NCBI GenBank assembly: GCA_965237675.1
Contig: OZ250150.1
Coordinates: forward strand, 128,001 to 192,000
Source: Candidatus Latescibacterota bacterium
Lineage (GTDB): Bacteria; Latescibacterota; UBA2968; GCA-2709665
Length of the DNA: 64,000 nucleotides
Direction: 5' to 3'
Shown here piece by piece: positions 9,734 to 18,214 of this stretch (its first letter is position 1; every line of letters starts with the position of its first letter). The notes beneath the pieces are model-generated. The model was not told the DNA's origin and searched no databases. It saw only the letters and a list, made by a program, of their open reading frames with translations. A program made the translations under genes and the position numbers.

Positions 9734-10839
9734 AATACAACGAGGCGATAACATACGCCGTGGCCGGTCTGTGCTGCTGCGTGCTTTCGTGCGGGCCGCA
9801 GGAGGATTCGGAAGCGGAAGGGTCGGCCGACCCGGGCACGGAATCCTTTCGGGCGATCCCGGTCGAAGCCAGGGTTGTGCGGCGTGAAAACGTAGAGGAG
9901 GCTGTTGAGGTCACGGGCGTTATCGTGCCGCACCGGGCGGTGGACGTGGTCGCCGAGACCGGCGGGAGACTGACGGATGTCAGAGCCGAACTCGGGGGGC
10001 GCGTGAAGTCCGGAGACACCCTCGCGGTGATCGACGACCGCGTGGCTATGAGCCGGCTGGAAAACGCGATCGCGCAGGTCCTCTCCGTTGAGAATAAACT
10101 GAAGATTGCGGGGCTGAATTTCGAGAGCGACCGCCAATTGTTCGAACACGGGGACATTTCCAGGCTGTCGTTCGAGAATTCCCTGTTTGCGGTCAAGGCG
10201 GCCGAGGCCGATTTGAAATCAAATCATGCCGACCTGAGTCGTGCCCGAAAAGGATTTGAAGATACCCGGCTGACCAGCCCGATCGACGGATGGGTATCCA
10301 GAAAACACGTCGAGTTGGGCGCGATGGTATCGGTCGGTACAGCCACCTATCGGGTGGTCGATCTGACAACGATGAAGATCACGCTCGGCATACCCCAATC
10401 GGCCATCGGCCGCATACAGGAAGGCGGGTCCGTACGCATAACCGTTGCCGCGCTGGAAGACCGAACCTTCGATGGGTACGTCCGATACATCTCCCCCCAG
10501 GCCGAGGAGACTACAGGAGCGTTTCCCGTTGAAGTCCACCTGGAAAATACGACCGACATGTCCATTCGCGCGGGAATGTCGGCCCGGTGCCGCGTTATAC
10601 TTGGCGGTTCAAATCTCCAGTTCGTTGTACCGGGTAACGCGGTCGTTGCCAGGGACGGCAAGGAACACGTCTATCGGATATGGGACGGCATCGCGCGGCT
10701 CACCGAGGTGAAAACGCGGGAAACGTTCGGTTCCCTCGTCGCCGTGGAGACGGGTCTTGCGGAGGGGGATACAATTGTCGTGGCGGGCATGAACCGCCTG
10801 GGGGCCGCAACGCACGTGGCGATTCGCGCCTTGCGATGA
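9730..10839 (+). CDS. RND periplasmic adaptor (MFP), lipoprotein
   Basis: LSCG lipobox, lipoyl-like motifs (VKSGDTL; SPIDGWV), GL.EGD.IV; ATGA overlap. Confidence 0.92.
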   Translation: MKYNEAITYAVAGLCCCVLSCGPQEDSEAEGSADPGTESFRAIPVEARVVRRENVEEAVEVTGVIVPHRAVDVVAETGGRLTDVRAELGGRVKSGDTLAVIDDRVAMSRLENAIAQVLSVENKLKIAGLNFESDRQLFEHGDISRLSFENSLFAVKAAEADLKSNHADLSRARKGFEDTRLTSPIDGWVSRKHVELGAMVSVGTATYRVVDLTTMKITLGIPQSAIGRIQEGGSVRITVAALEDRTFDGYVRYISPQAEETTGAFPVEVHLENTTDMSIRAGMSARCRVILGGSNLQFVVPGNAVVARDGKEHVYRIWDGIARLTEVKTRETFGSLVAVETGLAEGDTIVVAGMNRLGAATHVAIRALR

Positions 10840-10884
10840 GTCTGACGGCAATCGAAAGTTCTTGGTACGTGAGGCATTCCTGAT

Positions 10885-13800
10885 ATGTCAATAGCGAAAT
10901 TCTCGGTCCGAAACCCGGTATTTGTGAACCTGGTCATGGTCGGACTGTTCTGCTTCGGCGGCTTCTGTCTTTTCAGCATGCCGCAGGAATTGAATCCGCA
11001 GATTGACTTCAACTGGGTGTTCATCACGATCCCGTACCCGGGCGCAAGTCCGGAAGAGGTGGAGAGCCTGATTGTGGACCCGATCGAGGCGGAGATCCAC
11101 GACCTGAACAAGATCGACGAGTTGCAGTCCACTGCAGGCGAGGGGCTGGCCATGGTCCTCGTCAAATTCGAGGATATGCCGGAGTCCGAGTTCAGGGAGA
11201 TTTACACGGATCTCAAGGGCCGTGTCGACCGGGTGGCCCTCCCGGAAGAGGCTGAAGATCCGGTGGTGGACGACTTCGACAGCGGAGATTTTCTACCGAT
11301 CCTCACGGTCAACATGGCGTTTACGATCCCCGAGGAAAATGCTCAGATTATCGCCGACGATCTCGAGGAGGACCTGAAGAATATCTCGGGCGTTGCCCGG
11401 GTCCAGATTGCCGGCCTGCCTGAGCGTGAAATCTGGGTCGAAGTGGACCCGGCCAGGCTGAATGCCCGGGGTCTTTCGATCCAGGACGTGGTTGGGGCGA
11501 TGAAGGCGAGAAATCTGAACGTACCCGGCGGTACTCTCACCTACGGTGCGAAGGAATACGCGATCCGGTCCGTGGCCGAGTTCCGGAACGTGGAGGAGAT
11601 TCGCGAGACAATCATCCGGGCGACCCCGGACGGGGAGGCCGTGAGAGTCAGTGACGTCGCGAGGGTCCAGGATCGCCGCGAAGAGCCCAAAGTCCTCTCC
11701 CGATTGAACGGAAACCCGTCAATCACGTTTTCTTTGTCGAAGAACACGGACGCGAACACCAACGACGTCATCCTCGCCGTCAAGGAAACCGTCGGCCACT
11801 ATGAGCGCCGGGTGCCGGACGGGATCAGCTTCAGCTATACCGACGACAACTCCGTCTATATCAACCGGGTAATCCACGCGCTCAGGAACAACGCGATCAC
11901 CGGGATGATTCTTATCTCGCTCGTACTCTGGCTATTCCTGGGATCCTGGAATGCGTTTTTGGCGACGATAGGGATACCCATCTCATTCTTCATCACCTTC
12001 ATCCTGCTGAGCATTTTCGGTTACACAATAAACGGGAGCACGCTGTTCGCAATGGTGATGGTGCTGGGCATCATCGTGGATGATGCCATCATCGTGATCG
12101 AGAACTGTCACCGTTACCGGTTGCAGGGCCGCAGCGCCAGCGAATCCGCGGTCCTCGGGACGGGCGAGGTGACAACGCCGATCCTGAGTTCAGTCGGCAC
12201 CAACATCGCGGCCTTCCTCCCGTTGATCCTCCTACCGGGTGTGATGGGCAAATTCATGCGCATCATCCCGCTGACTTTCGCCCTGGCGCTGGCCGCGTCC
12301 GTGGTCGAAGCGTTTGTTCTGCTGCCTTCCCACTACGCGGAATGGACCAGGCGTTCCAATGCCCACAAACGGGGTGAACAGCCGTTTTTCAGGAGACTGC
12401 GACGGATCTACGGGCGTCTGCTGGTACGCACGTTGCGTCGACGCTACTGGGTCATCGGATGCCTTGTTGTTGTGCTGATCGGGGCTGTGATGCTCATTCC
12501 GTTTCTCGGGGTGGATTTTTATTCCGACGAGGAATTCGACGCTTTCAAGGTACTCATCAAGTTCCCGGAAGGGACGAGCCTGCAGGCGACGGATCGCGTC
12601 ACCAGCGCCTACGAGGCCGAGGCCCGCCGTCTTTCCGATGAGGATATCGAGGCCGTGGTCACGAACATCGGCCTCCTTCAGAGCAACAACGAGTGGCTGA
12701 CCCGGAAGAGCGTCTCCCAGGTCCTCGTACAACTGAAGCCCAGGGAGGAGCGAGTGAGGATGTCGGACGAACTGATCGCCATGCTTCGGGAGCGCACGGA
12801 GCACATTGCCGGAGCCACGTCGGTCAAATTCGAGAAGTTTACCGGGGGACCGCCCGTGGGCAAACCGATCTCCGTGAGGGTCCAGGGCCGCTATCTCGAA
12901 CGTGTGAAAGCGGCGGCGCTCGTGCTGCAGGATTCGTTACGCCGCATTCCCGGCGCACTGGAGGTGACCGACGACTTCCCGCCCGGCAAGGATGCGATCC
13001 GGATCGAAGTGGATGAAGTCCGAGCGGCCCTCTACGGATTCTCGGCGCGGGAGGTGGCTCTGAACGTCCGATACGCTTTCGACGGCGTCGAGGCGACGAA
13101 GTTCCGGGACGGAGACGAAGAGGTGGGGGTCATCGTGCAGTACGAACCGAGTAAGAGGACGAGCGTGGACGACGTGTTGAACGTGCAGGTGACAAACGCA
13201 AGCGGGGCAACGGTCGCGTTGCGAGACATGGTCTCCTTCTCGATCGGTCCGGGGCGCACGGAGATTCGCCGCTTCGACCGGAAGCGGACCATCCTGGTTA
13301 CGGGCGAGATCGACGAAGACACGACGACGGTGGATCAGATCAACTACAGACTCCTCGAGATCTTTCCTTCAATCGAAGCTCAGTATTCCGACGTGAACTT
13401 CGAGATCGGCGGTGAGTTTACGGATTTCATGGAAGCGTTCGAAGATATCGCGTCACTTTTCGCCATCAGCCTAATTCTCATGTTTGTAATCCTGGGGACG
13501 CAGTTCAACTCGTACGCCCAGCCTCTGGTCATCCTGACCGCCGTGCCGTTCGCGATCATCGGCGCGTTGCTCGGTTTGCTGATTTCAGGGAACGTGTTCA
13601 GTCTGATCTCGCTTTTCGGTTTCATCGCCCTGGCGGGAATCGTCGTCAACGACGCCATTGTGATGGTCGCTTTCATTAACAGGCGGAGACAAACCGGCGG
13701 GTCCGTGACGAACATCTGGCGAAGCATCGTGAACGCGGGGCGGTTGCGATTGCGACCGATTATCCTGACATCGGTAACGACAATCTCGGGCCTGATGCCG

Positions 13801-14010
13801 ATGGCGGTCGGCATCGGAGGAAAGTCGGCCCTCTGGTCGCCGCTGGCGAACGTGATCCTTTTTGGATTGCTCGTCTCGACGATTCTGACGTTATTTGTCA
13901 TTCCGTGTTTCATGGCAGTCCTGGATGATATCAAACGCGAAAGAAAAAAGGCGCGACAGCGAGATTTTGTGGGGAGAGGCGTTAGCGGACACCTCTCTCG
14001 GAGCACATAA
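10885..14010 (+). CDS. AcrB-family RND permease
   Basis: 1041 aa; YPGASPEEVE, GIIVDDAIIVIEN, RLRPIILT. Confidence 0.95.
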   Translation: MSIAKFSVRNPVFVNLVMVGLFCFGGFCLFSMPQELNPQIDFNWVFITIPYPGASPEEVESLIVDPIEAEIHDLNKIDELQSTAGEGLAMVLVKFEDMPESEFREIYTDLKGRVDRVALPEEAEDPVVDDFDSGDFLPILTVNMAFTIPEENAQIIADDLEEDLKNISGVARVQIAGLPEREIWVEVDPARLNARGLSIQDVVGAMKARNLNVPGGTLTYGAKEYAIRSVAEFRNVEEIRETIIRATPDGEAVRVSDVARVQDRREEPKVLSRLNGNPSITFSLSKNTDANTNDVILAVKETVGHYERRVPDGISFSYTDDNSVYINRVIHALRNNAITGMILISLVLWLFLGSWNAFLATIGIPISFFITFILLSIFGYTINGSTLFAMVMVLGIIVDDAIIVIENCHRYRLQGRSASESAVLGTGEVTTPILSSVGTNIAAFLPLILLPGVMGKFMRIIPLTFALALAASVVEAFVLLPSHYAEWTRRSNAHKRGEQPFFRRLRRIYGRLLVRTLRRRYWVIGCLVVVLIGAVMLIPFLGVDFYSDEEFDAFKVLIKFPEGTSLQATDRVTSAYEAEARRLSDEDIEAVVTNIGLLQSNNEWLTRKSVSQVLVQLKPREERVRMSDELIAMLRERTEHIAGATSVKFEKFTGGPPVGKPISVRVQGRYLERVKAAALVLQDSLRRIPGALEVTDDFPPGKDAIRIEVDEVRAALYGFSAREVALNVRYAFDGVEATKFRDGDEEVGVIVQYEPSKRTSVDDVLNVQVTNASGATVALRDMVSFSIGPGRTEIRRFDRKRTILVTGEIDEDTTTVDQINYRLLEIFPSIEAQYSDVNFEIGGEFTDFMEAFEDIASLFAISLILMFVILGTQFNSYAQPLVILTAVPFAIIGALLGLLISGNVFSLISLFGFIALAGIVVNDAIVMVAFINRRRQTGGSVTNIWRSIVNAGRLRLRPIILTSVTTISGLMPMAVGIGGKSALWSPLANVILFGLLVSTILTLFVIPCFMAVLDDIKRERKKARQRDFVGRGVSGHLSRST

Positions 14011-14360
14011 GAATTACTCGCCGCCCGTCGGATCATAAGAATGAACAAGACTGCGAGTTCCACCCGAAATCGGATTCCCCTCGGATCGGGAATCAAGCGT
14101 CAGAAGGGACCCTGGAAATTAAACGCGATCGGGTCGAACTGCACACTCGCTCGTTCGACCCGGAGAAACATGGAACAATCCCTGAGCTTATAATTCATAG
14201 AACAACCCCGCCAATTGAGTTGGCGCGGTATTAGCAATGCGCTGTCTTGCGAATTTGCTGCGATCCTGGCGGAACGTAGCGCCCACGAGTGACAGGATCA
14301 GAGAATTCACATTGACGTAGAATCTACAGCCTGCCGCACAGACGGAGACTGGAGGTCCCA

Positions 14361-14678
14361 ATGAATGAACACAATTCCATACTAACGATTCGATTCGATG
14401 GCACTGGAGTTGGTCCGGGGAAGATTCACGATATTGAGAGGTTGGATGACCTGCAAGACGAAGCCACCGACTTACTCCCTCGAGGGACGCCAATTTCACA
14501 ATCATTTTGGAAATCGCCAACAATCCAGGAGTTAGCCCGTTCGCAGAATGTGCAACCAATGGCGAACGTCAGGACGCTGTTTGGAACCTGGCCGGATGAG
14601 GAAAACGACGGTTTCGAGGCTACAATTGACCAGCTGCGGCAACCTGGCGGTGAGACAGGTCCTCGGCAAGGATTTTGA
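14361..14678 (+). CDS. Hypothetical protein, probably internally deleted
   Basis: GGAGG RBS; abrupt junction IRFDGTGVGPGK/IHDIERL. Confidence 0.5.
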   Translation: MNEHNSILTIRFDGTGVGPGKIHDIERLDDLQDEATDLLPRGTPISQSFWKSPTIQELARSQNVQPMANVRTLFGTWPDEENDGFEATIDQLRQPGGETGPRQGF

Positions 14679-14821
14679 AGGCATTACTGCGCTTCAATTA
14701 ATCTCAGAAAACAGATAGACGGACTCATACCCGGCAGCCGGCGATCGACGACCGGACGACGTATCCAGCAGACCCTCTCGCCGTTGACCGCCGGCTAGCG
14801 CTCTACGTAAAGGAGGATTGA

Positions 14822-15706
14822 ATGCCACTGACGGAAGCGGAATTGAAACAATACGAGGAACAGGGCGCCGTAACTATCGACAGCCCGTTCACAACCGGGG
14901 AGCTGGACCGGGCCGAAGCCGCGTGGGACCGGCTGACGGAGAGCGGCCGGCCGCCCTACGAAGACCCGGACTACCTGGACGTCTTCCAGCATCCCTACTT
15001 CGAGGAAGTGGCCATCGAAGTATTGCGCGCGGATGCCGTACATCTGTGGTGGGGGTTATCGCCCCACGGCCGTTCCCCTGCCAAAGCGCCTTTCGGGAGC
15101 GTGCGCGATCAATGGGGCAGCGGATGCCACACCGACATTCAGGCCACATGGGAAGACTTCCAGGCGACGCCCCGCAGGATGCGCGCGGAACTGTGGTTCT
15201 GGCTCAACGACGTGCCGGAGCATCGCGGGGCGATGCGCATACTTCCGGGCAGTCACCGCCCGATCATGGAATATTGGAGCCGCGTCCTGACGCCGGAGCA
15301 CAAGGCAATGCTGCCCCGCGTACACGGGGTGCGCCCGGATCCGCCCGAACGTGCGCCAGCCTATCCGGAGCACGTTCCCAACCTGGCAGATTCACCCTGG
15401 CTGGAGCAGAATCCGGTACCCATGGTAGCCCGCCGGGGACAGATGCTGATTCTGTGCAGTTCGGGCCTCCACTCGGCCTGGCAGAACGAGGACACGGTGC
15501 CCCGAAAGGCGATGCTTTCGGCCTGGGTCGCCTCCGGCGTTACATGTGGACTCCCGAAAGGCCAGCGCGACGGGTTGATGGATTTCTTCCCCCGGCTGCG
15601 CCGGAAACTACGCCCGGAGCGGGCGCATATCGTGCCGGAGGACTTTGACTGGCTTTTCGAGAGCAACTACGAACCAAAGTGGTCCGAGACGTTTGTCGGG
15701 ACATAG
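14822..15706 (+). CDS. PhyH-family Fe(II)/2OG dioxygenase
   Basis: LTEAELKQYEEQG, HTD, GAMRILPGSH, distal LHS; AGGAGG RBS. Confidence 0.88.
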   Translation: MPLTEAELKQYEEQGAVTIDSPFTTGELDRAEAAWDRLTESGRPPYEDPDYLDVFQHPYFEEVAIEVLRADAVHLWWGLSPHGRSPAKAPFGSVRDQWGSGCHTDIQATWEDFQATPRRMRAELWFWLNDVPEHRGAMRILPGSHRPIMEYWSRVLTPEHKAMLPRVHGVRPDPPERAPAYPEHVPNLADSPWLEQNPVPMVARRGQMLILCSSGLHSAWQNEDTVPRKAMLSAWVASGVTCGLPKGQRDGLMDFFPRLRRKLRPERAHIVPEDFDWLFESNYEPKWSETFVGT

Positions 15707-15762
15707 TCCAGGCCGTCCGGCCATTGCCACGGAGCGTAAACTGTATACGATTTGGAGGAAGC

Positions 15763-16989
15763 ATGATGCAGCCGGTCGATCGGGATCGATTCCTCGAAGA
15801 AGGCTACCTGGTCGTAAGGGAAGCCGTACCCCGAACGAAACTCCAGGAAGTTCGCCAGGCTTACGAAACGCTCGTGAACCAGCAGCGCGAACATTGGAGG
15901 GACATGAGAAAAGAGGGCGACCCGCCAGGAGGCGAGTGGGAGACGAGTCCGCAACCCCGCCTCATGCTCCAACGGCCGCCGCTGGTCCGCGGGATCAATG
16001 CAGAGACGGCGCCCGCCGTGGAGGTGTGGCTGGAACCTAACATACAAGGAATCAGCTCCCGGCTTCTGGGCGTAGCAGACGCGGCGGCAACCGAAATGAT
16101 GATGATGTGCAGTCCGGTTCGCGACCGCGGCCCCGCGAAGTGGCATCGCGACCTCCACCCCATCGACACCGCCCCCCTTCAGGGATATATCGACGACATC
16201 CTGGAAGGGGGACCCCGTTACGTTCAATGGAACATACCGCTATACGACGACAGCGTTCTGTGGGTGATACCGGGCAGCCACGTCCGGTTCAACACGAAGG
16301 AGGAAAACAAACTGATGCTGGCCGACCCGTGCCAGCCATTGCCGAACGGCGTCCAGACCCACCTCGAAGCCGGCGACGGCGTTGTCTACATCCTCCCGAT
16401 CCTCCACTGGGGCAGCAACTACAGCCCCAGGTTGAGGCGAACCGTTCACGGTGGATTTTCCACGCACACGTCGATTGACGATCTTTCTTTCGCGGAACAC
16501 CTTTCGACGGGAGCCGCTGCCGCATTCGAGCGTTGGAATAACCGGAGCCGGGAAATGAAGGGAGACTCGAAGGATGCGCTCAGGGCGGTTATCGAAGGCG
16601 ATGGGGAGGCGTACAACGAGGCGTTGAACCGGATTCATCCAGACAGAGGCGAAAAGGGAAAGTTACTCACCACCGTCTTCCTGTGCAAGGCCGCATTGGC
16701 GATCCGGCTTGCGAAGCATCCCCCGTTTCCCGACGTTCCGGAAGACCTCGCCCGCCGGCTCCAAGGCGCGCATCCGATCACCCTTAACTGGGGTCCCGAT
16801 TTCACCACGCGATTCAACGCGATAGAGGCGGAGACGTTGTGGAGGCGATTCGAGCCGCTGGACAAGCTGCTTCGATCCCAGGCGGAGCATTTTGTGCCGG
16901 GGTTTCAGTCAGGGCCAATGAAGTACCACTTCAACGAGATGCCGGGAAATTACACGACTTCGGATTTCATCTGGGGATGGGCTTCGTAG
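15763..16989 (+). CDS. PhyH-family dioxygenase with C-terminal helical extension
   Basis: FLEEGYLV, WHRD, VIPGSH, ILHWG; GGAGG RBS before ATG 15763. Confidence 0.85.
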   Translation: MMQPVDRDRFLEEGYLVVREAVPRTKLQEVRQAYETLVNQQREHWRDMRKEGDPPGGEWETSPQPRLMLQRPPLVRGINAETAPAVEVWLEPNIQGISSRLLGVADAAATEMMMMCSPVRDRGPAKWHRDLHPIDTAPLQGYIDDILEGGPRYVQWNIPLYDDSVLWVIPGSHVRFNTKEENKLMLADPCQPLPNGVQTHLEAGDGVVYILPILHWGSNYSPRLRRTVHGGFSTHTSIDDLSFAEHLSTGAAAAFERWNNRSREMKGDSKDALRAVIEGDGEAYNEALNRIHPDRGEKGKLLTTVFLCKAALAIRLAKHPPFPDVPEDLARRLQGAHPITLNWGPDFTTRFNAIEAETLWRRFEPLDKLLRSQAEHFVPGFQSGPMKYHFNEMPGNYTTSDFIWGWAS

Positions 16990-17122
16990 CCGGAGATGTG
17001 TCGGGACAGATGCCTGGCGTTTATCGTGCGAGGAGGACGGTTTATCACCGCCGCGCGGCGAATAACGTATGACTTTATTTACAGTGGGTATGGCGGCGGG
17101 CAATCACAGAACACGAGCACGC

Positions 17123-18097
17123 TCATGAATCCCACTGCAGTACCACGCCCAGGGCTTTATCCGGGTTGTTGTAAAGCAGGTGGTACGCGTCGGGTGTCTG
17201 CTCCCAGGACAGGCGATGGGTGATCAATTCCGAATTCCGAATGCGTCCGTCGGCCAGCATCCGGGCGGCCTGCTCCATACACGATTCCCGTGAATGGTCC
17301 GTGCGGATACCCGCCACGAGCAACTTGTTCATGAAGTTGTCGCCCAGGAGCGGAAGCGGCCCACCCTGATACTTCGCAATCAGGTGAATCGCGCCTCCGG
17401 GCGCCAGCATCTGCTGGGCCTGCCGGAAGGAACGGATGCCCATGTTGCCGCCCACGCACTCGACAACCACGTCCGCGCCGGCACCATCGGTAAGACGCAG
17501 AACCTCGGCCACCGGGTCCGTCCGGGAAACGTCGATGACCGCGTCGGGGCCGAGTTTACGGGCAATCTCACAGCGTAGCGGGTAGGCGTCGACGACGATC
17601 ACCCTGCCCGGATCTCTTTTTCTGATGATCTGGGCGCAGAGACTACCGACGATGCCCTGACCCAGAATAACCGCGGTCTGCCCCGGTTCGATTGGCGTTG
17701 TGAGCATCCACAATATGGAACTGGTTGCCAGCGGAAGGAAGGTTGCCGCTTCGTAGGTCAGGTCATCGGGCAACGCAAATGCGCCCTTCCGCGGTCCCGA
17801 TGCGTGCCCCAGGACATATTGGGCGTGGGGTCCGCTGACCATCACGCGCTGGCCAACCGAAAAGTCCGGGATACCGGGTCCGACGGCGACGACCTCACCT
17901 GCATCCGAATATCCCATTATGTCCGGGCTAACCGATTCTTCCAATACGTAACGGCGAAACAGTTCCGACCCCCGGCTGATCAGGCTGCGCTTGACCTCCA
18001 CCAGCACCTGGCCGGGACCCGGTTCGGGCCGTTCGACTTCGATCATCCGAACGTTGCCGAAGCCAGCCAGTTTCTGAAGTTGCTTCATGCGCGTCAA
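17123..18097 (-). CDS. MDR-superfamily dehydrogenase (Zn ligands absent)
   Basis: ISRGSE/MGYS replace CGxD/GHE; GQGIVG NAD motif. Confidence 0.85.
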   Translation of the reverse strand: MTRMKQLQKLAGFGNVRMIEVERPEPGPGQVLVEVKRSLISRGSELFRRYVLEESVSPDIMGYSDAGEVVAVGPGIPDFSVGQRVMVSGPHAQYVLGHASGPRKGAFALPDDLTYEAATFLPLATSSILWMLTTPIEPGQTAVILGQGIVGSLCAQIIRKRDPGRVIVVDAYPLRCEIARKLGPDAVIDVSRTDPVAEVLRLTDGAGADVVVECVGGNMGIRSFRQAQQMLAPGGAIHLIAKYQGGPLPLLGDNFMNKLLVAGIRTDHSRESCMEQAARMLADGRIRNSELITHRLSWEQTPDAYHLLYNNPDKALGVVLQWDS

Positions 18098-18214
18098 TGA
18101 TCACTCCCGGAGATGGATGAGGTTGCGGTTGGCATTCGGTTTGGGGGTGCACGTTCGTCAGAGTTCCCGAATTGACATTGGTGCGGGCGAGGCCGGCTGC
18201 AAGTTTCGCCCGGA

